Source: an uncultured Acidimicrobiales bacterium
GTDB taxonomy: Bacteria; Actinomycetota; Acidimicrobiia; Acidimicrobiales; SHLQ01
Reading direction: 5' to 3'
NCBI GenBank assembly: GCA_938038815.1
Contig: CALHTF010000011.1
Span: 33,063-97,062, forward strand
Length of the DNA stretch: 64,000 nt
Shown here: piece after piece, positions 11,316 to 24,254 of the stretch
Layout of the letters: each line of letters begins with the position of its first letter
Position numbering within the stretch: the first letter of the stretch is position 1
Made by a program: the position numbers and the translations under genes
Notes under the pieces: model-generated
What the model was told of the DNA's origin: nothing
The model's database searches: none
Seen by the model: the letters and a program-made list of their open reading frames with translations, nothing else

Positions 11316-11545
11316 GCCAGCCCAGTCATCCCCACCGGGGTGTGCATAAGTTTTCGCAAAAGTGGCCATTCTTCGACCGTCGTCCACAGTTATTCACAAG
11401 TAATTCCCAGTTTGGGGATGAGTTAGTCGCCAAATTTCCCGGATGGTGGGATTTCGCCACATTTCGGGATAGTCATCCCCAGTTCTACACAGGCGCAAAG
11501 GCGCCCCTTCCCACAAATCGCCAAGCAGAAGAAAGGCTGAAGCTC

Positions 11546-14026
<2,481 letters not shown>

Positions 14027-14158
14027 AAGCAAGAAGGCGGGGGCACCCGAGCGCCTAACCCCAAAAAGCCAGAGTCCCGAAAGCCCGGCGGGGGTAGAAA
14101 GCAAGGTCACCAGCCGACCACCGGGAAGAGTAGAAAACAACAACCACACAAAACTTGC

Positions 14159-14301
14159 GGGACCTGACCAGTTCACTCTCGCCCCACAAAAGTCGAGAGA
14201 GAACCTGTCAGGTCCCTATATGCCGTCCCTCGGAAAGTTTGCCCCAATCCCAAGGTCGGCTTGCTGAAGTGCATCCGATCGGCGCCTTTGCCCCAAGGCG
14301 C
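14159..14301. other. Three consecutive intergenic hairpins, each with a CCCC tract in the loop (terminators and/or a small structured RNA)
   Basis: A: GGGACCTGAC(14159-14168)/GTCAGGTCCC(14207-14216), with inner stem CTCTCG/CGAGAG and loop CCCCACAAAAGT. B: GCCGTCC(14222-14228)/GGTCGGC(14254-14260), whose loop contains TTTGCCCCAATCCC. C: GCGCCTT/AAGGCGC(14282-14301) with loop TGCCCC. The region lies between the convergent clpB and 14384..15589 genes. Confidence 0.4.
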
Positions 14302-14383
14302 TCTAGTGATCGTGCACAACATCTATGGCGGTTACGTGCGTTCTGGTGGTTCTCGGTTCAGTCGATGTGTTGGGTCGCCGGCT

Positions 14384-15589
14384 CTAGCCGGTGAAGTCGG
14401 GTTCGGCGCGAACGGGGTCGGCGGGCTCGGCTTCTTCTGCGGGTTCTTGGTCTTCGGGTTCTGACCGGGGTGGGTCGGTGGCCGGAGGTTGGGTTGGCGG
14501 CGGTGGGGTAGTGGTGGTGGTTGTCGAGGTCGACGGAGCCGGCGGCTCGGTCGCTGGCGGGGCCAGCGTCGTGTCGGGTGCGATGTCTTCGCCGGTGACG
14601 GTGCACGTGACGGTGACCACGATATCGAGACCGGTCGTTGGTACCTCAAGGGTTATCGAGGTTGCATCGATGATCGGGATGATCGAGTTGGGGCTTACCG
14701 AGAAGCTGATCTGCTCAATGTCCGAGGTTGCCGATTGGTCGATGCTGATCTCACAGACGTCGCCTGGTTCGAGGTTGCCGACGGCGAGGCCGGTATCGGC
14801 GCCGATTGCTGATCCGGCGGCGCCGCAGTCGAGGGTGATGGTGGCCGGGTTGTCGGTGGTTCCGGAGGTGACTTTGTTGACCGTTACCGAGCTTGGGCCG
14901 GGTGCTGGTGGCTCGCCGCTGGTTGGGGGTGCAGGTTCGGTGGTGGGTGGTTGGGTGGTTGGTGGCTCGGTGACCGGCGGGGTGGTTGGGGGCGGGGCCA
15001 GAAGGGTTGCGCCGATGCACACCGGGCGTACCGAGTTGATGGCCGGGGTTCCGGGTGCTGCGTGGTTGGCCCGGAGTTGGGTTGCGGTTTCGGTGAGGGT
15101 GACTTGGCCAACGCCGCCAACCCAGGTTGCTTCGATGATGCCGTCGGCGAGGTCGCCGGTGACCGAGGTCTGGGCGATGACTGCGCCACTCGAGCTGAGC
15201 AGCTCGCCGAACCATTGCTCTTGGGTTTGGCCTTGAGATTCCGCCCGACCGGTGTAGCCGTCGTAGCTGACTGCGGTGATCGAGTAGGTGCCGGCAGGAA
15301 TGGGGTTCGAGAGGTTGAAGGTTCGTGAGCTTGGCGAGGTCGACAAGATCTTGTCGCCAACCACGGTGTTGAATCCCACCGAGCCGAATGAGCTTGCGTA
15401 GTCGCCTCCGCAGGCGGCGGGCGAGGGGCCGGCCTGGGCGCCGACATCGCCGTCGTCGAACATCATCAAAACGAACCAGCCGGCGAGCAAGGCGACGAGC
15501 GCGCCAAAGGCGAGGGTGATGATTCGGGGTGTTCCCGTGGTTGTCCGGTCGCCCCGATGTGATGCGTTGTCTGTGTGGATTGACGCCAC
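14384..15589 (-). CDS. Membrane-anchored, Pro/Thr-rich extracytoplasmic protein of unknown function
   Basis: 401 aa. N-terminal TM anchor (IITLAFGALVALLAGWFVLMMF), a ~150-aa Cys-bracketed domain, a PT-rich linker (PPPTTPPVTEPPTTQPPTTEP), a ~105-aa beta-rich domain, then a PT-rich acidic tail. No family recognised. Confidence 0.65.
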   Translation of the reverse strand: MASIHTDNASHRGDRTTTGTPRIITLAFGALVALLAGWFVLMMFDDGDVGAQAGPSPAACGGDYASSFGSVGFNTVVGDKILSTSPSSRTFNLSNPIPAGTYSITAVSYDGYTGRAESQGQTQEQWFGELLSSSGAVIAQTSVTGDLADGIIEATWVGGVGQVTLTETATQLRANHAAPGTPAINSVRPVCIGATLLAPPPTTPPVTEPPTTQPPTTEPAPPTSGEPPAPGPSSVTVNKVTSGTTDNPATITLDCGAAGSAIGADTGLAVGNLEPGDVCEISIDQSATSDIEQISFSVSPNSIIPIIDATSITLEVPTTGLDIVVTVTCTVTGEDIAPDTTLAPPATEPPAPSTSTTTTTTPPPPTQPPATDPPRSEPEDQEPAEEAEPADPVRAEPDFTG

Positions 15590-15799
15590 GACAGTTACTC
15601 CCTACCCATTCGCCACTATCCCGCCTAGTCGCAAGGTACATCTTTAGCAACATTCTCCACAAGTCCCCCACTTTCAACTCCTGACCCATTACACTCACGC
15701 CGCTCAAAGGGGTGGGCCGATCGGTTGGTCGTGCGTTGCGCACAAAGGGGCGTTCCCAGTTCTCGTCCAACCGTCCAGCGCAGTAGGGTCGTTCTGTAA

Positions 15800-17113
<1,314 letters not shown>

Positions 17114-17125
17114 AGGACACCCGAC

Positions 17126-18346
17126 ATGACCACGGTTTGTGTTGTTGGTTCCGGAGCACGGGAGCATGCACTTGCCACCGTGCTCGGTCGGAACGCGGAG
17201 GTCATCGTGACCCCTGGGTCGCCTGCGATTGCTGGGTCGACCAACACCGACGCGCTCGAGATCGAAGCCGATCTATTTGTTATTGGCCCCGAGGTTCCGC
17301 TGGTCGACGGTCTCGCCGACGAGTTGCGGGCCCAAGGCAAGTTGGTCTTTGGACCGGGTGCCGATGGCGCCAAGCTCGAGGGCTCGAAGGCGTGGATGAA
17401 ACAGGTGTTGGCCAATGCCGAGGTTCCAACCGCTCGGTTCGAGGCCTTTACCGAGGTCGAGCCTGCCCTTGCGTACCTCGACACGATGCAGGATCTCTAC
17501 ATCGTCAAGACCGACGGATTAGCCGCCGGTAAAGGTGTGGTGGTTACCGAAAGTCTCACCGAAGCCCAAGACGCGGTGCGTAGCTACTTGTCGGGCGATG
17601 CGTTCGGCGACGCGGGGCGCCGGTTGGTCATCGAAGAGGGTCTGACCGGGCCCGAGGTTTCGTTGTTTGTGATCTGCGACGGCACAACCGCAGTGCCTCT
17701 GCAGTTGGCCCAGGACTTCAAGCGGATCGGGGTTGGCGACACCGGCCCCAACACCGGTGGCATGGGCGCTTATTCGCCAGTGCCGTGGGCGGCTGAGGGC
17801 TTGGTCGACGAGATTATGCAACGCAGCGTGCTGCCCACGCTGGCCGAGCTGACCCGCCAAGGGGTCGACTATCGGGGTGCGCTGTTCGCGGGCCTGATGC
17901 TGACGCCCGACGGCCCGAAGATGCTCGAGTACAACGTGCGGTTCGGCGACCCCGAAACTCAGGTGGTGTTGCCCCGGCTCGAATCCGACCTCGTCCAGCT
18001 GCTGTCCGAGGCGGCGGCTGGCAAGCTAGAATCGACCCCCGAGTTCACCACTGATGCGATGGTCACCGTCGTCTGTGCGGCCGAGGGTTACCCGGTCGCC
18101 CCGGTTAAGGGTGCGGTTATCTCGGGTATCGAGGAGGCGCAGGCGATCGATGGCGTCGAGATCTTCTTTGCGGGCGTTGCGTCCAACGGCGACAAGTTGG
18201 TTGTGAACGGCGGCCGCGTGCTCAACGTGGTTGGCCGGGGCGCCACCATCGCCGAAGCACGCGAGAAAGCCTTCGCCGGAGTCGACAAGATCTCCTGGCC
18301 CGGTATGCAGTTCCGAACCGACATCGCCGAGAAAGCCGCCGACTGA
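17126..18346 (+). CDS. purD: Phosphoribosylamine-glycine ligase
   Basis: 406 aa ATP-grasp protein with typical PurD blocks (VVGSGAREHAL, VKTDGLAAGKGV, LEYNVRFGDPE). Confidence 0.95.
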   Translation: MTTVCVVGSGAREHALATVLGRNAEVIVTPGSPAIAGSTNTDALEIEADLFVIGPEVPLVDGLADELRAQGKLVFGPGADGAKLEGSKAWMKQVLANAEVPTARFEAFTEVEPALAYLDTMQDLYIVKTDGLAAGKGVVVTESLTEAQDAVRSYLSGDAFGDAGRRLVIEEGLTGPEVSLFVICDGTTAVPLQLAQDFKRIGVGDTGPNTGGMGAYSPVPWAAEGLVDEIMQRSVLPTLAELTRQGVDYRGALFAGLMLTPDGPKMLEYNVRFGDPETQVVLPRLESDLVQLLSEAAAGKLESTPEFTTDAMVTVVCAAEGYPVAPVKGAVISGIEEAQAIDGVEIFFAGVASNGDKLVVNGGRVLNVVGRGATIAEAREKAFAGVDKISWPGMQFRTDIAEKAAD

Positions 18347-19770
18347 TGGCCCAGATCCCCAACGTGCTCGCCACCCGGTACGCCTCGCCCGAGATGGTTG
18401 CCATCTGGTCGGCCGAGAACAAGATCATCGCCGAGCGCCACCTGTGGCTTGCGGTCCTCGAGGCGCAGTCGGCGCTGGGCATCGATATCCCCGACGGCGT
18501 GGTCGACGATTACCGCAAGGTCATCGACCAGGTCGATCTCGAGTCGATCAAGCGACGCGAAGAGATCAGCCGCCACGATGTGAAGGCCCGAATCGAGGAG
18601 TTCTGCGCGCTCGCCGGGCACGAACACATCCATAAGGGCATGACGTCGCGCGACCTCACCGAGAATGTCGAGCAATTGCAGGTGAAGCAAAGCCTCGAAC
18701 TCGTGCGCGACCGGATGGTCGCGGTGCTGGGTCGGTTGGCGAGCCGCGCCGGCGAGTACGCCACCGTCCCGCTGACCGGTCGGTCGCACAACGTAGCCGC
18801 CCAGACCACCACGCTCGGCAAACGGTTCTCCAATACCGCCGAAGAGTTCTGGCAGGCGTTGCACCGGGTCGACGAACTTCTGCATCGGTATCCACTTCGC
18901 GGCATCAAGGGCCCCGTGGGTACCCAACAAGACATGCTCGACCTCTTTGAGGGCGACGCCGCCAAGGTGGCCGAGTTGGAAGCTCGGGTCGCCGCCCATC
19001 TCGGGTTCGAGTCGTCGCTTTCGAGCGTCGGCCAGGTGTACCCCCGATCGCTCGACTTCGATGTGGTGAGCGCACTCCTGCAGGCCGCATCGGGTCCGGC
19101 CAATTTGGCCACCACGATCCGGTTGATGGCCGGCCACGAACTGGTCACCGAAGGTTTCCAAGAAGGCCAGGTCGGCTCGTCGGCCATGCCGCACAAGATG
19201 AACACTCGCAGCACCGAGCGGGTGTGTGGCCTCCACACCATCCTCACCGGTCACGTCACCATGGCGGCGGGCCTGACCGGCGACCAATGGAACGAAGGCG
19301 ATGTCAGCTGCTCGGTGGTTCGCCGGGTCGTTCTGCCCGACGCCTTCTTTGCGATCGACGGGTTATTCGAAACCATGCTCACCGTGCTCGACGAGTTCGG
19401 CGCCTACCCGGCGGTCATCCAGCGCGAACTCGACCGGTACTTGCCGTTCCTCGCGACAACCAAGGTGTTGGTCGCTGCGGTGAAGAACGGTGCCGGCCGC
19501 GAGGTTGCCCACGAAGCCATAAAGGAACACGCGGTGGCCGTTGCGCTCGCCATGCGGGCCGAAGGCCTGGCCGAGAACGACCTGTTCGAGCGCCTGGCCG
19601 CCGATGATCGGCTGCCGCTATCGGTCGACGAAATCGAGGCTGCGCTCGGCAACCCGATCGATCTCGCCGGCACCGGGCCCGACCAGGTTGCAGAGTTGGT
19701 CGAGCGGGTCGCACCGGTGTTGTCCGAATTTGCCGACGCCGCCAACTATCAACCAGGCACCGTTCTGTAA
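18346..19770 (+). CDS. purB: Adenylosuccinate lyase
   Basis: 474 aa fumarate-lyase superfamily protein with signature GSSAMPHKMNTRS. The start overlaps the purD stop (ATGA-type coupling). Confidence 0.95.
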   Translation: MAQIPNVLATRYASPEMVAIWSAENKIIAERHLWLAVLEAQSALGIDIPDGVVDDYRKVIDQVDLESIKRREEISRHDVKARIEEFCALAGHEHIHKGMTSRDLTENVEQLQVKQSLELVRDRMVAVLGRLASRAGEYATVPLTGRSHNVAAQTTTLGKRFSNTAEEFWQALHRVDELLHRYPLRGIKGPVGTQQDMLDLFEGDAAKVAELEARVAAHLGFESSLSSVGQVYPRSLDFDVVSALLQAASGPANLATTIRLMAGHELVTEGFQEGQVGSSAMPHKMNTRSTERVCGLHTILTGHVTMAAGLTGDQWNEGDVSCSVVRRVVLPDAFFAIDGLFETMLTVLDEFGAYPAVIQRELDRYLPFLATTKVLVAAVKNGAGREVAHEAIKEHAVAVALAMRAEGLAENDLFERLAADDRLPLSVDEIEAALGNPIDLAGTGPDQVAELVERVAPVLSEFADAANYQPGTVL

Positions 19771-20660
19771 TGACTATCTCGCTGCCCCACATCTATTCGG
19801 GCAAAGTTCGCGACATGTACGACGCAGGCGACAACCAACTGCTGCTCGTTACCTCCGACCGCTTGTCGGCCTTCGACGTCGTGATGAACGAAACCGTGCC
19901 CGATAAGGGGCGGGTCCTGATGGCGATGTCGACGTTCTGGTTCGACCACCTCGCACATGTGGCGCCGAACCACGTCGTGTCGACCGACGTTGCCGATTTC
20001 CCCGAGGGCGCCCAAGACCCGAGTCTGGCCGGTCGGTCGGTTCTGGTTCGCAAAGCCGAAATGTTGTCGGTCGAGTGCATCGTGCGGGGCTACATCACCG
20101 GGTCGGCGTGGAAGCAGTACCAGGCCGACGGAACCATGCACGGCACCACCATGCCCACCGGGTTGCTCGAGGCATCGCAGTTGCCCGAGCCGGTGTTCAC
20201 GCCGTCGACCAAGGCCGAGGACGGCGAGCACGACATCAACATCACCTTCGCCGAGGCCGAGTCGCTCATCGGAACCGACCTGGCCAACCAGGCCCGCGAC
20301 CTGTGCCTTGGCCTCTACACCGAGGGTGCGCAGCGGGCGGCCGATCGGGGCATCATCGTCGCCGACACCAAGTTCGAGCTCGGCATCGTCGATGGTCAGC
20401 TGGTGGTGGCCGACGAGATGCTCACCTCAGATTCGTCGCGGTTCTGGGATGTAAACACTTGGTCACCTGGTACGACACCGCCCAGCTTCGACAAGCAGCC
20501 GGTGCGGGACTTTCTCGAAACCCTCGACTGGGACAAATCGCCTCCGCCCCCCACGCTGCCCGCCGAAGTCATCGACTCCACCCGGGCGCGCTACATCGAA
20601 GGCTACGAACGCATCACCGGCCTCAACTTCGCCGACTGGCCCGGCCAAGCCCAGAGCTAG
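19770..20660 (+). CDS. purC: Phosphoribosylaminoimidazole-succinocarboxamide (SAICAR) synthase
   Basis: 296 aa with YSGKVRDMY...LLLVTSDRLSAFD...IIVADTKFELG. The start overlaps the purB stop. Confidence 0.95.
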   Translation: MTISLPHIYSGKVRDMYDAGDNQLLLVTSDRLSAFDVVMNETVPDKGRVLMAMSTFWFDHLAHVAPNHVVSTDVADFPEGAQDPSLAGRSVLVRKAEMLSVECIVRGYITGSAWKQYQADGTMHGTTMPTGLLEASQLPEPVFTPSTKAEDGEHDINITFAEAESLIGTDLANQARDLCLGLYTEGAQRAADRGIIVADTKFELGIVDGQLVVADEMLTSDSSRFWDVNTWSPGTTPPSFDKQPVRDFLETLDWDKSPPPPTLPAEVIDSTRARYIEGYERITGLNFADWPGQAQS

Positions 20661-20676
20661 CTAGGTAACTACTCGC

Positions 20677-21240
20677 CTAGGCGGGTTTTGGCGTAAGGAA
20701 TTCGCGAATCAGCGGCTCGAAGTGTTCGAGCGGTTCGCTCTTGTAGTCGGCGTCGAAGGCCGTCTGGTCGTACTTGGCGCAGAATTCTTCGGTGTACTCG
20801 AAGAACTCGTGGTCGCGGAACTGCTCGCGGGCGTTGCCGTCGAGTCCGATGTAATCCCAGAAGTAGTAGCCCTGGAAGATGCCGTGCTTTTCGACCATCC
20901 AGTGGTTGGCGGGCGACACAAACGGCTTCAGGATGGCCGCCGCGATATCGGGATGGTTGTACGGGGTGAGGGTGTCGCCGATGTCGTGGATCAACGCACA
21001 CAAGATGTACTCGCCGTCGCGTCCGTCGCGCTCGGCCCGCGTCGCGGTCTGGAGGCAGTGCTCGAGCCGGTTGACGGGGAACCCGCCGTGGTCGTTTTCG
21101 AGATCACGCATGAGGCCGATCACCCGGTCGGCAACCAGTGCCTGACTGTGGGCCAACTGAGGCACGATCTTGGCCCAGTCTTCAGCGGTCGACTCGGCGA
21201 AGGACTTGAACGAGGTGAGGTTCTGCGCAGTATCGGTCAT
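20677..21240 (-). CDS. HD-domain protein, PhnZ/MIOX-like putative diiron oxygenase or phosphohydrolase
   Basis: 187 aa. The region NRLEHCLQTATRAERDGRDGEYILCALIHDIGD...NHPDIAA...MVEKHG has the same order of His/Asp ligand positions as the small HD-domain oxygenase family (PhnZ-type). Substrate unknown. Confidence 0.55.
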   Translation of the reverse strand: MTDTAQNLTSFKSFAESTAEDWAKIVPQLAHSQALVADRVIGLMRDLENDHGGFPVNRLEHCLQTATRAERDGRDGEYILCALIHDIGDTLTPYNHPDIAAAILKPFVSPANHWMVEKHGIFQGYYFWDYIGLDGNAREQFRDHEFFEYTEEFCAKYDQTAFDADYKSEPLEHFEPLIREFLTPKPA

Positions 21241-21297
21241 GGCTTCACAGTAAGACGGGAGGCCAGGCTCGTCCAGATAGGTGAGCGTGAGCGGTAG

Positions 21298-23043
21298 CTA
21301 CTCGTCGAGGATGGTGACGGTACCGGCGGTGCCATCGACCTCGACCATCATGCCGGTGGTGATCTTGTCGGTGGCCCCTTCGACCGCAACCACGCAAGGG
21401 ATGGCGAGCTCGCGAGCGACGATCACCGCATGGCTCATGAGGGCACCGACGTTCACCACCACTGCGGCGGCAGGCAAGAACAGCGGGGTCCACGATGGGT
21501 CGGTGAGCGGGGCGATGAGAACCTCGCCCGGTTCAAGGTCGAACGCTTCGGCCGGGTCGAGCACTACCCGTGCCCGTCCTTTCGCGACCCCACTACAACC
21601 GGCGCTGCCTTCGAGCACCGTGCCCGCCGAAACGGCGACAGCCGACGCGGCCTTCTCGGCCTCGAGTTCTTCGATGGTCGGAACATCGCCTTGGGCGGTA
21701 AGGAAGAACGGGGGCTCGATGCTGGCGAACCGGTCGAAGAGCGCCCGCCGCTCGGCGATGACATCGAGCATCGACGTTGGGTCTTCGAGGTACTTCGGCA
21801 GCTCGGCTTTCGGGTACAGCAGCGCGACGCTGACCGGATCGGGGTCGCCACCCTTTTCGGCGGCCCGACGTACCAGCTCGCGGTACACCTGCTTGAGCGG
21901 CATGTTGATCCGCACCGCCCGGTCGCGGGTCGCTTCGCGGGCCTGCGCCCAGAACGGTACCGCCTTGATGGCCTTGTCGAAGTTGAGGGCATCCATCTTG
22001 TTTAGATGCGGGCGCACCTTGGCGATCGCGGCCTGTCGTTTGGCGTCGTCGTCGCCGAGGCGGGTGCTCGGCGCAAGGTCGCCTTCGGCGCCACGCATGC
22101 GGTCAAGGGCCAGCAGGGCCAGGCTGGGGGTGTTGTCCCAGGTGCGGCTCGATAGCTCCCAGTCGTTGGGCCCCCGGTGACCATGTTCGGCCAAGAACTT
22201 GTCGAACTCGGTCACAAACTCGGTTGCCGACTCGTCGGCGCGTAGCTGGACGAGCAGGCCGTCGAGCGCCTCGGTCGTTCCGGCGCTTGCGTTGTCGAAG
22301 GCGGTGGTGAGCGCCGGATCGGCTTCGACCATCTGGGCTAGCCGGTACAGCTCTTGGGAGTACTCGGCCGACTTCACACTGCCGGCGGCACCGATGAGGT
22401 GGGTCACCAACCCCGGTTCGCCGGCGGCGGCACAGGCGTCGGCCAGGACACCCGAAACGATGGCGGCGAGCGCGGTCGACTTCATGTGGTTGCCGAACGC
22501 CCGGCGGAACGGCTTGGGGAACGCGTACATGTAGGCGAGCAGTTCGGCGTCGGGGGCGTCGAGCGATGGTCGTCTGGCTTCGTACTCGGCCACCACCTCG
22601 ATCGAGTCGGGAACAACGTCGGGCAGCGACTTGGTGCCCAGAGCGCCGAGCACCGTCTTGAGGATGCGCAGCGACGAGCCGATGCTCTTGTCGCCCTTGC
22701 GTGGCACGTACGGGGGTGGGTTGCCTTCGCCGAAGAACGAAACGTCGATCGCTTCGGCCGACGACCCGGGGGCTCGAACACCCATCATGCGCAGGTACGA
22801 AAGGTTGAGATACGCGTAGCCGCCGTAGAGCCCGATGATTACCGGGTCGTTGGTCGTGAAGTCCTTTGGGCTGCCAATGCCGAGCTCAAAGTACGCCTCG
22901 CGCCACGCCTGCTCAGCCGGGATGACGCCCAATTCGTATCCGAGGGCGGTGAGGACTTCGGGAAAGACCTCGCCAACGTTGCCGCGCGTGTTGATCGGCC
23001 ACCGTGGGTCGATCTTTCCTTCAATAATCCAACGCGTTCCCAT
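21298..23043 (-). CDS. PEP-utilising-enzyme family protein (C-terminal phosphohistidine swivel domain, no ATP-grasp domain)
   Basis: The C-terminus GVAKGRARVV...GEVLIAPLTDPSWTPLFLPAAAVVVNVGALMSHAVIVARELAIPCVV is a PEP-utilising mobile domain. I set the start at ATG 23043 (MGTRWIIEG). The 124 upstream codons of the track ORF are Arg/Gly/Pro-rich read-through that overlaps the upstream gene. Confidence 0.8.
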   Translation of the reverse strand: MGTRWIIEGKIDPRWPINTRGNVGEVFPEVLTALGYELGVIPAEQAWREAYFELGIGSPKDFTTNDPVIIGLYGGYAYLNLSYLRMMGVRAPGSSAEAIDVSFFGEGNPPPYVPRKGDKSIGSSLRILKTVLGALGTKSLPDVVPDSIEVVAEYEARRPSLDAPDAELLAYMYAFPKPFRRAFGNHMKSTALAAIVSGVLADACAAAGEPGLVTHLIGAAGSVKSAEYSQELYRLAQMVEADPALTTAFDNASAGTTEALDGLLVQLRADESATEFVTEFDKFLAEHGHRGPNDWELSSRTWDNTPSLALLALDRMRGAEGDLAPSTRLGDDDAKRQAAIAKVRPHLNKMDALNFDKAIKAVPFWAQAREATRDRAVRINMPLKQVYRELVRRAAEKGGDPDPVSVALLYPKAELPKYLEDPTSMLDVIAERRALFDRFASIEPPFFLTAQGDVPTIEELEAEKAASAVAVSAGTVLEGSAGCSGVAKGRARVVLDPAEAFDLEPGEVLIAPLTDPSWTPLFLPAAAVVVNVGALMSHAVIVARELAIPCVVAVEGATDKITTGMMVEVDGTAGTVTILDE

Positions 23044-23186
23044 GAGTCCCCCATGTGTGTTGCGAACGCCAGTACCAGGCGTTTGTCGCAGTTCCCCCTG
23101 CGAGAATCCCAACCCTACGCCACAACCCCAACCCCGTCTCTCCGAGAACCGGTGCGGGCGTACCCCGGGCCTTGCCCCTGGTGGCG

Positions 23187-24254
23187 CTAGGCGAGGAGCG
23201 GTTGGCCGGTGGCGGTGGGCATGGCGAACCCGCCGAGGGCGGCGAGCGTTGGAGCCCAATCGGCGCCGGTCGGTTGCCGGTCGGCCAAGGCCCGGGCAAC
23301 CCGGTGCACGTCGGGGTGGCCGCCGACCACCGCCGCCACCTGGGTTCGGGTGCGAGGCCCACCGTGCACCCCCTTCATTCCCATCGAGGGGCCAATCGTG
23401 TAGGTCGGCACCGGCCAAGCCAGCACCAGGTGGTCATCGACCTGCACCGCTCCTTCGATGTTGTCGATGGCGAGCAGGTCGGCCACCGCAGGACCATCGA
23501 CGATTGCGGCCGCGGTGTGTTCGTAGCGAACCTTTCCGGGCAGTCCGCGGGCGGCCAACTCGGCCTTGAGGTCGACCTCGTTTCCGTCGACGACCAGTTC
23601 GTGTTCGTGATCGCTCACCACACAGACGACCGTGTCGTTCCACCGGGGGCGCAGCCGGTCGAAGAGCTGGCGGAACGACTCGTCGGTCTTGGCGACTTGG
23701 GCGATGGTTTCGGGCGAGTCGGGCCCATGGATATGCATGGTCGTGTCGGGTTCGTTGAAGTGCACGACGGCGAGCTCGGCATCGAGGATGCGGTGCGTGT
23801 CGATCATCTCCAACACGACACCGTCGGTCACGTACCCAAACTCGTCGGTCGGGGTATCGGGTTCGGGTGTGTATCCCTTGGGCGGCCAGAAGGTGTCGGC
23901 CGCAAAGCCGCCCATCGACCCGACGATCTTCGCGTCGCCGGCCACGATCGAGGTCGAAAGCCCAGCGGCCCTTGCGGCATCGAAGAAGGTCGGCGTCGCC
24001 GGCCCGACATCGGCCGCCGCCTGCCACGTGTTGTCGTGCCAGACATCGTTGGTGAACAGCCGGTGGTCGACCGGTTCGGTGCCGGTGGCGAAGGTCGCAT
24101 GGTTTGGATAGGTCGACGAGGTCATCGACGAGATTCCACCCGCCGGGTGCCATCCGCCTTCGGCTATTTCGGCCCACAGGGTGGGCATGTGCTCGGGACC
24201 CACATACCGGTTCGGTAGTGCGTCGGCTATCGCAAAGACCAGCTTGGGCGCCAT
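23187..24254 (-). CDS. Alkaline-phosphatase-superfamily type I phosphodiesterase / nucleotide pyrophosphatase-like enzyme
   Basis: The nucleophile region SSTYPNHATFATG matches the NPP-type T-x-PNH-x-x-x-TG motif. Metal-ligand-like blocks HFNEPDTTMHIHG and VSDHEH are present. Start taken at ATG 24254 (MAPKLVF); 24296 is possible. Confidence 0.75.
   Translation of the reverse strand: MAPKLVFAIADALPNRYVGPEHMPTLWAEIAEGGWHPAGGISSMTSSTYPNHATFATGTEPVDHRLFTNDVWHDNTWQAAADVGPATPTFFDAARAAGLSTSIVAGDAKIVGSMGGFAADTFWPPKGYTPEPDTPTDEFGYVTDGVVLEMIDTHRILDAELAVVHFNEPDTTMHIHGPDSPETIAQVAKTDESFRQLFDRLRPRWNDTVVCVVSDHEHELVVDGNEVDLKAELAARGLPGKVRYEHTAAAIVDGPAVADLLAIDNIEGAVQVDDHLVLAWPVPTYTIGPSMGMKGVHGGPRTRTQVAAVVGGHPDVHRVARALADRQPTGADWAPTLAALGGFAMPTATGQPLLA

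Noticed and set aside
14400-14560. Repetitive DNA in the 14.4-15.0 kb and 28.2-29.3 kb regions, considered as possible CRISPR or tandem-repeat arrays.
   Set aside because: The periodicity comes from Pro/Thr/Ala-rich low-complexity coding sequence inside long intact ORFs. There is no repeat-spacer architecture and there are no cas genes.
21298-23418. Long N-terminal extensions in the ORF track for the PEP-utilising gene (to 23418), histidine kinase (to 5612), clpB (from 11342), RTX gene (to 47342), FGGY kinase (to 50689), MBL hydrolase (from 27092), larC (from 26356) and SRPBCC (from 51622).
   Set aside because: The extensions overlap the upstream gene or are Arg/Pro-rich. Internal ATG/GTG codons with RBS-like sequences give proteins that begin where family homology, signal peptides or TM anchors begin.
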